Assembly (NCBI GenBank): GCA_964016885.1
Contig: OZ024743.1
Span: 266,600,001 to 266,664,000 of the forward strand
From: Eledone cirrhosa
Taxonomy: Eukaryota
Direction: 5' to 3'
Length of the DNA: 64,000 nt
Positions 13,751 to 28,560 of this stretch are shown in pieces. The notes beneath the pieces are model-generated. The model saw nothing but the letters and a program-made list of their open reading frames with translations. It made no database searches and was not told the origin of the DNA. Position numbers and translations under genes: made by a program. Positions within the stretch are counted from its first letter, which is position 1. Each line of letters opens with the position of its first letter.

Positions 13751-13819
13751 TATTTAATTTATCTGATGAGTGCGTACCAAAATGTTTGTACCCTTGAAAT
13801 ATATATAATAAAATAAATA
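13751..13819 (+). ncRNA. Type-I hammerhead ribozyme
   Basis: tatttaatttat-CTGATGA-gtgc-gtac...gtac-cctt-GAAA-tatata-TA-ataaaataaata. Confidence 0.7.
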
Positions 13820-13872
13820 TGATTTTATAAAGATAGTTTCCATTTATTAGTATCATTGCTCTCTCTCTCTCT

Positions 13873-13946
<74 letters not shown>

Positions 13947-14016
13947 CTTATATATTTGATATATATTTATCCTTATCGAGCCCTCTTTGGATTTTAGTCT
14001 TCAAATTTATTATTAT

Positions 14017-14089
<73 letters not shown>

Positions 14090-14099
14090 TGTGCATGTG

Positions 14100-15600
14100 T
14101 GTTCCTCTTCTAACGTTTTTACTTTAAATTCACTCAAAAGAGATTTATCTACACATGAGTAGATTCCACTCTCGTCCTTATTCTTCACGCTCTTTCCCCA
14201 AGATGTCAGCAACAACTAATTTAAACTACTCTGGCCCCAAATCATTCTCCCTACTTATTAAAATGCATTTGTTTCCTATTGTTTTCCCGAAACACCTCCA
14301 TAGACCAACAATTTCGAGAAAATATGTTTCATTTAAAAATTCATGGAAGTTATCCTCGTTGGTGACTTCCAAGCTCATAACTGTTTTTTCCTCTAACACG
14401 CAGTTGACACTAGTGCTATCAGTGCAAAAACGAAACTTCTGTTTACTTATCTCATTTCATGAACTATGTTATACGCTGCATGCATCCATGACTGGCAGAC
14501 AGACACTCCAACTTCATTTGGTTTAATTCTTATCTCTAAACCCAAACTATCCAATCGTAAATCGATTCCTGAATATATCGGGTTTTCCGATCACCACATT
14601 ATTCGAATGTCCAACACAAGTTCACATACTACTCAAAGTCCCTCTCTCCGCCAGGCACCCAATGACACTTCAAGCCAGCAAACTGATCGAAGCTCCAGCA
14701 GTTATAGGCTCCCACTGGCAACACATTTGCATCACTAACTGTCTAAACAAATAGCCGGTTGCTTGAAACATTACTCTAAGACATTTCCCCCAACCACAAC
14801 CCTTACAATCCCTCAGATCGTTTGCTCATAGCTGTCTAAGAATATGTTAGACAAAATCACAGATTACAGTGTTTTAAATTAACAGTACAAACATGCTGCC
14901 ATGTATCTATCACAACAACTAATTGGGTAACACCATGAAACCATCATGAAACCATCAAACTCTTCCAGAATCAGCCATACTAATTTGTATGCAGCACTAT
15001 CACTGAGAATATTTCATCAATATTTACTACCATGCACACGTACACACCATGTACGAAAGCACCTTCGGTCCTTTCAGACCACTGGTCCACCTGCTCAAAG
15101 TGTGTCACTTCTACACTGCTCAGAAATGTGAGCCTAATGTTAGCACCTATCCCCACCAAACTCTACTAACATATCTCTCTCTTACAGAGATCTAACCCAA
15201 TCTTTAGAATCATCCTATAATATATCTCACTCCCATGAAAGTAAGGTTTGAAACATTAAGGATTTTCGTATCATCGTACTCATATCTATTCACCATCATC
15301 ATCAGGTCGAGCTTGCTCGGCTTTTCAGTATATTAAAATTAATATCTATTCAGTATATTAAAATTAATGGACACAGCATGTAACTTTCTCCGACACCATA
15401 AATTCCTCCACTCCCCCTTAAGGACCACCAATACGATATTTATAAAGTCATACACTGCAAATCTCCTCGCCTGAGCAACTCACAAGGAAGCCTTTGTTCT
15501 TAAGCATTTTCAGGCATTTAAGGCTTTTGTCAGACATCACATTAGCGGAATATATGGAAGGCGCTTTCCGTTATCCATACTCGCAAACATCCTTGATTCA
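14100..15600 (+). pseudogene. Very old non-LTR (APE-type LINE) remnant
   Basis: VILVGDFQAHN (~14349) and GFSDHHII (~14580) resemble APE endonuclease GDFNAH and SDH motifs; boundaries uncertain. Confidence 0.5.
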
Positions 15601-17535
15601 ATCTTGTTTCTTTTAACAACAAATATGTCATAACCATTGCACGTTTAAAGAAAAGATTATGACACATCATCATCCTCACCTATACATGAACAGCATGCAA
15701 CTTGACGCCTCAATATAGCTGCAAATGCTAGACATCTCAATCAAAGATTCTCAAAATAGCAAAGACTACGTCTCGGAACTACCTTCCCTCCTCACAGACA
15801 AACATTGCTTCAATCGCTAGCAATTACTTCCCATCTGCAAAGGTGGTCCTGCTGCTTCCCACAGGCAGACATCTCAAAACGGATCCAGGAAAATGACACT
15901 CAGTACTTTTTTTTTCACTTATTTAACTGAATTTATCTTAAAAACCCACTTGAGTTATTTCCCTTAACTTTTTTTTTTTTGCTAGTAGATGTGTGGGTAT
16001 ATCTAGTATCTTTAAATTAAATACACATATATGTAGGGTTTGAAGTTACTTCTGTGTCATAGATTCTTTCACCGTAATATGCAATAATTAGGTCAGAACT
16101 ATCCTCAGTGTAATATGACGCACAATAATTTATGACAAAACAAGATTTTATCTTTGAATATTATGTTAAGAGTTATTACACTTCGCCACGAACTCCATCC
16201 TCCTTTGGTCGTGTCAGTTTAATCAAAGGGACGCTACTCTTGAATTAAAATTTCATTACAAAGCCAGCTTTAAATTATTTAAGTTTTTTCCGTTTATAAT
16301 GTTTTTAGTTATTTATCTTTTAGAATTATTTCTGTCATTCTTTTCTTTTAACAGCCAATAGGCTGCGACCACAATGAGACACCAACATCTTAATAAAATA
16401 CGAGAACTCAATAAGATGCAAATGCATATTTCCTCGTTTATCATGTGAAGGGTTATTAGTTTTATTACACTTCATTTAATTCACTAGAAATAAAAATGTA
16501 ATGAGGTGGACCTCCGTCGGTTTCGACGATCTGCATTCCATTTGTTCGAGTAGAAAAGTGATACAGGAACTGCAGAGGTTGACGAAAATGGTTTTATTGT
16601 GGACATGGTAAAAGCCTTTAAATGAAAGTGATATATAAATAGAGCAAACCGCCATCGAGGTGAAAGCTTCATAAGACCTGAATGATGCGAATGATTAGAA
16701 TAGAATCAGGTTTTCAGTGAAATCGACAGAGATGACGAAAATAATAGCGTTATAGAGTCACCCATAAAAACCGCTTGTGTGTGTGGCGGTTCGATTGTGT
16801 GCGTTTGTTTGTAGGTGTGTATATGCTTGTGCGCGTGCTTGGTGGTGTTGTTATGTCAGGAGGAAGATAAACTACCCATGCTCTCCACCGATGCTTCAAG
16901 AACGGATATATCAATGTTCTGCATATATTGTTGGAAGATACGTTTTGAAAATTCTTGAACAAGCATTTCCATATAGCTGACATTCTTGTCGGAAGGGATT
17001 GAGCATAGTGATTAGAGTAAAAACTGTAGAGTTAGGTATAGAATATGTGATGAGAGGAGAAAAGGTGGTGAATGAATCATGATTGCAGTAGGGGAGGTGA
17101 GATAGGATCTGGAAGTTCCAAGGAGCAGAAAACATCGTAGAAGAGATAGAACGGTGAGGGTGCGAGACAGGGTGAGGGAGAAAAAAAAGAGAGAGAGGAA
17201 AAAAGAAAGAGAAAGAAAAAAAGAAAGAAAGAGAGAAAAAAAAAGTGAAAAAAAGAGAATGGTAGAGAGGGGAAGAGATGGTGAGAGATGGGGACAGAGA
17301 TAGAGAGAAGAGAGGTGAGAGGAGACAAGATATATATATGATCACTCTATTTAACATCAATACCTGATGTTTGGACATCTTTAGTGGAGTCCACTGTGTC
17401 GAAAACATGCAAGATCTTCCCTCATCCCACAAATCTTTGATTATAAGTCAACTGGATTATATGTCAACTAAGGTCTTGCCTGTGACTAGGATACAAGAAA
17501 ATCACACAACATAATAGACACGCAAAGAGAGACAG

Positions 17536-18476
<941 letters not shown>

Positions 18477-18478
18477 AC

Positions 18479-21400
18479 ATACGAGTTTACACCAACACCA
18501 TCAACACCGATGTAAGAAAATTACAACTTACCAAAAAGCAAGCAGATAGGCTAAAACGAACACTAATTCTAAACATAAAAAAAAAGATTTACAGAGAATT
18601 AAGTCATCAAGAAAAATATAAGCGTAACCTAATACAAGAAATAACTAAGATCACCACACCAAGAGAAAAATTAATATTTATAAATCTTATATGTCTTGAA
18701 GAAATGTACATTGTTCAAGAATGTGACAAGCACTTTAATAAGAAATTAAGGTGGATCAAACAGATGAAACTAAACCAAGAAACTTTAGAGAATAGCGATA
18801 GATATCCTGACAAGATTGACCGTATAAAAATGGCCGACATCTCATTAACAGATGAATTCAACAACAACACAAATATATACGGCAACACTACAGTCGACTC
18901 TGATGAATTATCGATATTACAGCTAGCACCTAAATATGCCACATATAATAAGGTAAATTTGATAAAATGCTTGTCAGAAATAGAAAAATCATTTACAAAA
19001 TTACGTTGGAGCCTCAAAAACAAAAACAAAAGTAACAACATACGCACACACACACACACTTACAACACACATCCCAACAACAACAGACACACAGACACAA
19101 ACAACGATAACAACAACACACACATCAACAATAATAACATACTCAGAAACAAAAACAACAGACACACAGACACAAACAACAATAATAACATACACGGAGA
19201 CAACAACAACAACATACATCTACAACAGTATGCATCAACAACAACAACACACACACATTATATGCCTCTCACCACCACCACAATCTTAACAAACACACAG
19301 ACACAGAAAACAGGTAATGACAGTAACACAGAAGTAAGGGAAGGTAATGGGATTGAAAGGAGAGGGAGACTACCGATACTGACAGAGAAAATAACAAGGA
19401 CGAACACACAGACACACAAAATAGAGTAGATCATAACAATGAGCCAGAGGAAAGAGACAGCAGTAAAAATGAGAGACATAAAAACAACGATGAGGCTGTT
19501 GGTGGAAATAGAAATAGAAACAGCACAACTAACAATAGTACAAATAAAGCAGCAGCCTGGAATTCTACTTTTTATAATCCTTCCGATATGTCCTTCGATC
19601 TACGACGAGTCCACGCCACGACTTTAGCTTTTAACAAAGGCACGCAATTGCCGTCGCAGGTCGATGACCAAACAGAAGCACAATTTAGTATAACTAGATC
19701 TAAACTTAGAAATATTATAGAACAGTATAGCAAGAAGCAAAATAGAATGGAGGCCCAGCAACTGGGAGAAAAATCTGCAAATGGCTTGCGTAAGCTCATA
19801 ATAAAAGGACTGCCAACAACTTCCAGGCCTGGAACAATGACGTACCAGCGTTGTATGGGCTTCGAAAAGACCATAAAACAGCAGTGACCCTCTCACAGGT
19901 GCACCAGCACGGCCAGTCTCTGGAGCTAACATTGCTAGTAACTACATACTCTCCTACTTTCTCTCTCTGATCATACGCCCCATCATTGAAATGTCCCTAG
20001 AAATATGTGACAGCACGGAGGACCTCCTCAGCAGAATCAACGAAAGTAATCGATCTAGGGACCTAACAAACTGGATAATAGATAGCATGGATGTTGTGTC
20101 CCTATATCCATCCATTCACGTGGATTTTGCTGTGGAGAAATGTGTAGAAAAGATCAGTGAGAGCAATGTTGAATTCTGTGGGATTGATACCAGTGAGCTG
20201 GGACTCCTACTTAAACTTACCTATAGTAATGATTATCTAGATACATATTACCTTAGCAGCCTGTGCCCTACAAGACCATCAAGAAGCAGACCACCTACCA
20301 TTACCTCAATAGCCAAGAAAACCCACACAGATAGATGGAACGGGTGGACCAGAGTCATACGGACTCCAGAAAACCACGATGAACTAAAGAAAATGATGCT
20401 CAAGAGGAGGGAGCAGCCATTGGTATTAGCATTGCAGGTGACATAGCTAAACTATTCATGGTATGGTGGGACAATAGACTTAAACTTAAACTTAAAGAAC
20501 AATTAGAAGGTAAAACCTCTTAACCCTGATAATGTACTCCCGCTACGTTGATGATATAAACGTAATAATAACACCCCCACTAGAGAACAGTCAGGAATTA
20601 AAGAAAAACACCATGGAAAGCATCCAGAAAATAGCTAACAGCATCCACCAGAACATTAGAGTTACTATAGACTACCCAAGTAAACACCCCAACCATCGAT
20701 TACCTGTACTAGACACAGAGCTTTGGTTAGAAACTATTAATAACAAAATACAAAAAAAATCCTCCATTCCCATATAGGCCAAACCCATGACTTCCAAATA
20801 TCTGATCCACCGAAACTCAGCTGTTTCGGACCACACCCAAATCAACATACTGATTGCGGATTTGGTACGGGTGATGAGAACCGTGTCCCGCACGTGCAAC
20901 CCCAAAGAACTAGAGAGACAAATACAACGCTTCATCCACCGTATGCAGTTCTCTGGTTACAATCAGAGAGATAAAATCAGAGTGTATAGAGGAGCCAGAA
21001 CCAAATGGGAAAAAATGGTAAATAATGATACAAATGGGACCTGCCCCTTGTATAGGAGCAAATTTTGGAATAGAATAGAAGTAACTAGGAATAAGGTTAA
21101 TAGAATAAACTCATGGTATGATAGCAATAAATACCAGAGTGTAATGTTCATCAATACAAACCCTAGAGGTGAATTAGCTTACACATTTAGAAGGGGTCTA
21201 GTTAAAAATAAACTCAATATTAAGATAGTAGAAAGACCAGGTACCCGCATAAAAACACTTATTAGCAATACATACCATTTTCAAAGGTATAGATAAGAAA
21301 TGTATAATCTGTAAACTAAGCCCCCATATTAACTGTAAAACTAGAAATGTAGTATATAGCATAAGATGTAGTGAAGGACAATGTAGATATAAGAATATAG

Positions 21401-21720
21401 TGTACATAGGTAAGACAGCTCGTAGTATAGGAGAACGGATAAATGAACATTGGCGAGCGCTTCAACATAGAAAAGAATCATCTGTAATCCGCCAACATGC
21501 TAAAATAGAACATAAGGGTAAATTAGAGAACATAGAAATAAAAATAGAATCTACACAGAGAAAAGACGCAATGTTTAGACAAATCACAGAGGCAATAAAC
21601 ATAAATGAACTCCAACCAAAATTAAATAGAAAACATGAATGGAATAGCAACATCACAACTTAAAATTAAGGACAAAATGAAAACACACACACACATAGAA
21701 TAAACAACCAACCAATAAAT
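18479..21720 (+). mobile_element. PLE lineage B, near full length, frameshifted and with internal deletions
   Basis: SMDVVSLYPSI, YSRYVDD, LPVLDTELW, RMQFSGY, Cys-rich linker, YIG endonuclease; Asn/Thr-rich N-terminal region. Confidence 0.92.
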
Positions 21721-21723
21721 AAT

Positions 21724-22035
21724 TTGCAGTTCATATTTGCAAATATGAACTGCAAAAGCAGAAATCTAATTTACTGCATTAAATGCCCGAATTGTGAAGA
21801 ACTATATGTCGGTCAAACTGGAAATGCACTATCGGAACGTGCACGGGTACACCGTCAACAAATCAGAGACCCAAATGTCCGTCAGATACCCCTAAGCGGA
21901 CACCTGGCAACATGTGGTCAGGGAATATTTATAATATTCCCATTCTACAAATTACACAGCCCAAGTGAAATCAAGAGAAAAATCAAAGAAAAGAATTTTA
22001 TTGATAAATTCAAACCCAAGCTAAATGAACAATAA
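21724..22035 (+). CDS. GIY-YIG endonuclease of a 5'-truncated PLE, lineage C (Neptune-like)
   Basis: NCKSRNLIYCIKCPNCEELYVGQT..HRQQI..E..FIDKFKPKLN. Confidence 0.85.
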   Translation: MQFIFANMNCKSRNLIYCIKCPNCEELYVGQTGNALSERARVHRQQIRDPNVRQIPLSGHLATCGQGIFIIFPFYKLHSPSEIKRKIKEKNFIDKFKPKLNEQ

Positions 22036-22199
22036 TAACGCCTAGGGGTATTACTTCTACTACCACTATGACCACGACCACTAACAACAACAACAACAAA
22101 AATAATAATAATAATAAAAGTGATGTTGATGGTGATGATTAATAGAAAATGCTATTTTCATCATTTCAAAAAGCAAAACAATTGATACGTTCGGTATGA

Positions 22200-22376
22200 C
22201 TATTGGTCGTTAGCATGCTCAACCAGCCGTGACGCTTAAACCAATCAGCTGTAGTAATTCAGTGAAACTACACACTGATTGGTCGAAATACAGTTTACAG
22301 GGCTTTGCATTCTGGAGCCACTTTTCTCTGTATAAAATGTATAAAAGGTAGTAAATTTACCCATCTCATTACAGTT
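22200..22376 (+). promoter_or_regulatory. Putative Pol II promoter in the pLTR
   Basis: ATTGG/CCAAT boxes at ~22202, 22241 and 22278; TATAAAAG 22340-22347; initiator-like tcatt/cagtt 22366-22376, ~30 nt downstream. Confidence 0.6.
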
Positions 22377-22409
22377 GAAAATTGCAAACTCGACTGTCAC
22401 CACATATCA

Positions 22410-22448
22410 TGAACCTGAAGATTGCGAAAGCATGAAAGTACTTGTTCA
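22410..22448 (+). ncRNA. Minimal type-I hammerhead ribozyme
   Basis: tgaac-CTGAAGA-t-tgc/gaaa/gca-t-GAAA-gtac-TT-gttca; GNRA loop on stem II, palindromic stem III. Confidence 0.88.
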
Positions 22449-22589
22449 ATTTACACTTAGAATTTAATATTCTATCATACTATTTCATTATAATACCATA
22501 TTATATATATTTTAAAGGATTGTAAATAAAACGAGTAAATCAGACAAAGTTGGAATTCCTCTTATTAATATATATATATATATATATAT

Positions 22590-23050
22590 AATTAAGTTAA
22601 AGTGTACATCTACATATGTATACGGAAGTACTAGTATGCATATAAATACACATATGTATACATATGTACATGTACCGAGCTTTTCACTAGACACTTTACA
22701 GTGAGTGTCCAGCTAGTCTGTATGTAAACACACAGACGAACCGGGTTTTAAAGTCATACGGGTTTTCAAGGAAACACACTTCCTCTATTCTCCAGAGAGC
22801 CAGACAGGAATATTGGACTAGTTTCGATATTCCTGTCTGGCTCTCTGGAGAATAGAGGAAGTGTGTTTCCTTGAAAACCCGTATGACTTTAAAACCCGGT
22901 TCGTCTGTGTGTTTACATACAGACTAGCTGGACACTCACTGTAAAGTGTCTAGTGAAAAGCTCGGTACATGTACATATGTATACATATGTGTATTTATAT
23001 GCATACTAGTACTTCCGTATACATATGTAGATGTACACTTTAACTTAATT
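22590..23050. repeat. Fold-back palindrome, 224-bp arms, 13-nt loop containing the 3' half of an HHR
   Basis: 22590-22813 is the reverse complement of 22827-23050 (no mismatch seen); same family as 50290-50937; right arm extends to ~23123, then (TA)n. Confidence 0.95.
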
Positions 23051-23278
23051 GTTTAAGCGTCAGTCATACAAAAGTGAGTTAGAAGCGAAACGAAATTTAA
23101 TTTCGTTTCGTTATTTGTTTTTATATATATATATATATATTGGAAAATGTGTGAGATCGTTGGTGCATTTAGGTATATTTGAAAAAAAGGAAAAGAATGA
23201 CTTCACTTATCACACTTCCTCTCACAGAGTGAAGTCATTCTTTTCCTTTTATCAAATACACACACACACACTCACACT

Positions 23279-23337
<59 letters not shown>

Positions 23338-23368
23338 TCTCTCTTTGCGTGTCTATATATATATATAT

Positions 23369-23475
<107 letters not shown>

Positions 23476-23755
23476 ACTTTTCGTTTCAATAATCCGTATT
23501 ATTTCATATAAGCAATCAACTAACTATGCTGCAATTAAGCATAGATACTTCACCCAATATGTACCCATATATTATCTCTATATGGTATCATACGGAGTGT
23601 TAATAGTAAGTAAGTAGAAAGAGTTTTATTGTCTTACTCCGTTTCTACATATCTTCACCTGTGGGCTTATCAAAAGCCAAAATAACATATACAAATATTT
23701 GGCAATAGGACTAAGGCTGCGTTTAAATACAATAGAGGTATATATGAGAACATAT

Positions 23756-23798
<43 letters not shown>

Positions 23799-24312
23799 AA
23801 ACCCCCAGTTGATGGATGTGAATCCTAAATATATAGGGACAATTAAATCTCTCCCAAGGTAACTCTTTCTCGTGTTGTTATTTTTATTTATTTATTTATT
23901 TTTTTTATCCTTTACGATCTTTCCTTCATTCCTCTACAAGTTACAGTCTTATACACGCCACGCATCTCAACGTACACCCACTTACATCTCTCTCTCCACC
24001 ACCTGATCTTGTTACCCGGAGTTTACCCATCTGCATTGTCGAGGCTTCCAAACGACTTAAAGGAATTTCCCTTATTATTCCACAATGCTTCAAGCAAACT
24101 TCAATACTCTCTTATATATATATCTAAAAAAAAAAATAGAGGTGTGACACACGAGTTGTGATATATTAGTAAAAACGAAAAGAAAATGCTGACAAATTTT
24201 TCCCAGTGAAAAATAGTTTAATTAGGAATAAGTATGAATTAGTAATAAGTATTGGTTAGTATTCAGTTTTAGTTTTAAGTTTTTAACGGTTGCGCATTTC
24301 TAATGCTTTTCA

Positions 24313-24399
24313 AAAATAATTTTGAGATAGAGTGCTCGTGATTTTTACTCTAATCTGATTAGAGCACAAATCATGAGCACTCTATCTTAAAATTATTTT
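24313..24399. repeat. Fold-back hairpin, 43-bp arms, 1-nt loop
   Basis: gatagagtgctcgtgatttttactctaatc-t-gattagagcacaaatcatgagcactctatc. Confidence 0.9.
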
Positions 24400-24412
24400 C
24401 TTTTCCTTTTTA

Positions 24413-24487
<75 letters not shown>

Positions 24488-24636
24488 TTTGAGTATATGT
24501 TGGTTGTATACCAACACCTCATATGATTCCAGTTCCTCAGTGAAATAACAACCCAACCAGGAACTGGCATATCAGAATATTGACAAAATTATACACCTCA
24601 ACAACATATGTACTTGTCTATACCACACTAATTCGG

Positions 24637-24691
24637 ACTGCCTGAAGAGGTCACAGCCAAAGATGGCTGTCACTGAAATATATATAGCAGT
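24637..24691 (+). ncRNA. Type-I hammerhead in a solo pLTR-like module (~24487-24750)
   Basis: actgc-CTGAAGA-ggtc-acagcca/aaga/tggctgt-cact-GAAA-tatata-TA-gcagt, immediately followed by AATAAA. Confidence 0.88.
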
Positions 24692-24746
24692 AATAAACGA
24701 AGCTAAATTTTAAACATTTGACTTTTTATTTAACTTTATTTAACTT

Positions 24747-24808
<62 letters not shown>

Positions 24809-24811
<3 letters not shown>

Positions 24812-25990
24812 GAGAGGTCAGAAGTACCTTAGAGATCGTTATCTCTACGTCGCATTCGTCGACCTAAGGATGGCTTTCGGCACAGTCGACCACGCAACAC
24901 TCTGGGAAATTCTCCAGCATGTTGGCGCGCCTTCCAATATCACCACCTTGTTCCAACGGCACAGTAGCAGTGCCGAGGGCTGCGTGTGGGTGAACGGGAA
25001 TGACTCCGACTGGTTCTCCATAAACATCTGGGTCAGACAGGGCTGCGTGTCTGCCCCTGACCTCTTCAACTGTGTCATCGGCTATCCGATGACCAAGGTC
25101 TGAGCGAGTCTCTGGTGTTACCTTCGGGAATTACTACCTAACTGACCTGGGTACTCAGATGACACCACCATATTCAGCAACTCGATCTGTCAGCTCAGAG
25201 ACGCACTGAGCATATACCGGGACGAATCAGCAAAGCTTGGGCTTCAGTTAAGTTGGGCGAAGACAAAGCTGATGCATTTTGGCAATGGCCCGGATCCTCC
25301 TCCACTTCATACTGGCCCCGACGCCTTGGAGTTTGTCAGCTCCTTCATTTACCTGGTCTCGACTGTCAGCAAGAAGGGAGGCCTGACCCCAGAGATCAAC
25401 CGCAGATGTGGTCACGAATACAGGGCCATACAGTTACTATGGAAGCCTCTTTGGCACCACTGCGAAATCTCCCGGAAGACGAAACTCTATATTTACAACG
25501 TTTCGGTTCTCTCCGTTTTCCACTATGGAGCAGAAAAGTAGCCCCTCACGAAGACCCTGGCGAAAAGGATCCACAACTTCGATAGTAGATCCCTGAGAAA
25601 CATCAAAAACATCAGATGGCACCACCTCGTTTCCAAAATATGTTGCGAGCGTGCACGCATCAGCTCACAGCTTTCCGCCTCATAGTTATGCACCGTATGC
25701 GGTGGTATGGACATCTCCTCCGCTTTCCATTATATCATCTTACAAGGGTCTTACTCTCGTCCGACGCAGTGGCCGCAGGCTGGAAAATGCTACGCGGCAG
25801 GCCCCGAACCAGATGGCTGCATTTCATCAGGGATGATCTCCGGAGGCTCGATATTACATTCGAGGATGCAGAAGAGTTGGCATGGGACCGGCAGTGATGG
25901 AGGGTGATTGTTCTATGCAGGATGAACGTTCTGGGATCGCTGCCTTAGGATGACCCCTGCCTTGTCGAGGAAAACAAGATGATGAAGATA
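24809..25990 (+). mobile_element. 5'-truncated RTE-clade LINE (decayed RT)
   Basis: AFVDLRMAFGTVDH, VRQGCVSAPDLFN, YSDD, KTKLYIYN..YGAE, RWYGHLLR, RGRPRTRW; (GAT)n-like tail; inserted in (TA)n. Confidence 0.88.
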
Positions 25991-26048
25991 TATGTGTGTG
26001 CGTGTATGTGTGTGTTTGTATCTATCTATCTATCTATATATATATATA

Positions 26049-26114
<66 letters not shown>

Positions 26115-26158
26115 ATATATATACATATACTACCCGCCTCAGTGCACCGCTATATATA

Positions 26159-26248
<90 letters not shown>

Positions 26249-26784
26249 ATCATTTCAATGAGATAAGATGGTGTGTGTTATAGTTATTTTAGTAGGTGCG
26301 AGGCTGATATTTACAGTGATTATCAGATGTTTCCTATATGTATATCTATTTATATGTAAATATATAGAGACGTGTACGAATGTTATCTCTCTTTGACTTG
26401 TCCCAGTTTATACTGGGTAACTACTATCGCTGTGGCTGCACGTTTTATAATTGTCCATGGTATGTGGCGTTTGATGAAGGGAGGAAATTGATTTGCCGTT
26501 CAATATTTTCAAAAGGTATAACAGTAGAATGATACGCCTGCTATCTCTAGCATGTCGCAAGTCGGTACGAAACTATTTTAATAAGGGACATAACTCTTAA
26601 AAACTTTTTACAGGGGAAATAACTCTGGATATTATTTTCCAAAAAATGCCTTTTAAATATTTGTGTAATGTTCGATAAATTTATGCAAAACATTTACATT
26701 ATTTCAAATCGTATATTTTCTTTAAAGTCATTTATTTGGAGCCGTTATCACCATTGTAGAGAGTTGTTTTACCTACAACTTGCA

Positions 26785-26865
26785 GTGGACTTAAAATGTT
26801 GAATGTTGTTCTAGTTGAGTCTAACGTAGACACAACTAGCACAACATTCAAAATTTCAAGTCCAC
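26785..26865. repeat. Diverged fold-back hairpin, 39-bp arms, 3-nt loop
   Basis: gtggacttaaaatgttgaatgttgttctagttgagtcta-acg-tagacacaactagcacaacattcaaaatttcaagtccac. Confidence 0.9.
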
Positions 26866-26934
26866 AGTGTGTGTATATCCATATACACACATACAGTGTG
26901 TGTATATGCATATACACAGTATGCATATACACAG

Positions 26935-26984
<50 letters not shown>

Positions 26985-27012
26985 TAAATGGAAGCTAACT
27001 TTATAAAACCAT

Positions 27013-27068
27013 ATTTATTTTATTATGTATATTTCAAAATTTTGGTACGCGCTCATCAGATAAAATAT
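27013..27068 (-). ncRNA. Hammerhead motif, same family as 13751, stem II partly deleted
   Basis: Minus strand: tattttat-CTGATGA-gcgcgtaccaaaatttt-GAAA-tataca-TA-ataaaata. Confidence 0.6.
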
Positions 27069-28445
27069 AAAAGTTGGTTTACAGATAGTGACATATTCAG
27101 CCAAGAACTTAATGTTGTGAGTTCTATTTGAATAGTGAAGAAAAACTTCAAATCACAAGATGAATATGCTAATAAGGATAAACGTTAAAACTGAAAAAGA
27201 TCGTTATGTTTAGACGCTAGGTAAATTTAAATAATTATTAGGATTATTTTTTGAATAAGAAAAGGAAATAGGGGAAGAAAATTTTAGGAAAGATTTTAAG
27301 AAAAAATGTATTAAAGCTACTAACAGAATATTTATAGGAATATACACATATAATTGTCCGGAACATATTTGTAAGGGTGTAGAGAGAATGAAATCACTAT
27401 ATTTATTTTTATTTATTTTACTATTTAATTATATATTTTTGAAGTATTTATAATATAATGTGTGAATTATAAATACATCTGTTAAAGTGGGAGAATATTA
27501 ATTTAAAATGTGATAGCTATTTTGTATTTATATATACGATTGGGTCTATTCTATTTGTATGTTTAATATTATGAAGATTGCAATTATAAGTATATTCTAT
27601 TATATTATAAAAGGTTAGTTGTGTATATATAAATATTTTTTGTGAGTATATATGTTATTTATTTAATAGATAAATAATTTAGTAGTTTTATATAAGAATA
27701 GTTATTATATGTTGGGCGAAGATATGTTTACATTTTCAACATATGGCTTAAGAATATGGAAGTAGTTCTATTTTAGTATAAAAGATGTATATTATTTTGT
27801 ATATTCTATAGTTGCATCAAGATAGAAATAAATTTACGAAATTTTAATATTTATGTAAAGTTTCAATGTTACGTAGATATTAGATGTAAGCCTGTTTCTT
27901 TTCGAATGAAAAGATAACTCTAAATGTTCTAAGTTTACAGAGTTAAGTTATAGTTATATTTATCGTTTAGTTTCGAATTTACTTTCAAATTATATTCTAA
28001 TTGTAGTATATGGAAAAATTATTTCATATATATGATTTTAGAGTATCATATATTACATATGTTCTAAGATAAAATGTTATGTATATATTTTGATAACATT
28101 ACTTACACCTATGTATAAACTTGATGATATTACGTATTTATATGTATGTATTTACAATGCCTATAGAGTCTATTAGAAAAAATTCAACACAAAAAAAAAT
28201 TACCTTAAAAAAATCATTAAAAAATCATAAATATATATATATGGCGTAACAAGTTATCGTTTTAGGTAATCCAGTTAGAGGTTGTGAGTACTCTGTACTA
28301 TGGAGAGTACGGCGTTGTTTGACTCAACAAGAGTTTTCCTTAGTTAGGTATCGAGTTTGCGAGAATTCCCATGCATGGTATTCTTGGAGTAATAGTAGTG
28401 AAAGAGTGAAGAATAACATCGGCTGTACAGAAAGGGTTTTATTTA

Positions 28446-28560
28446 CAATATTTACAATTGTTTTATTGACCAGGTGAGTCTAAAGGCCGCTAATCACTCG
28501 AAATTGCGTCACTCGACCTTAAATACTGTGTGTGTCTCTGATCAAATCATCACAATACTG
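28446..28560 (-). ncRNA. Degenerate hammerhead with long stem II
   Basis: Minus strand: cagtatt-GTGATGA-t-ttgatcag...ctggtcaa-t-AAAA-caattg-TA-aatattg. Confidence 0.55.
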
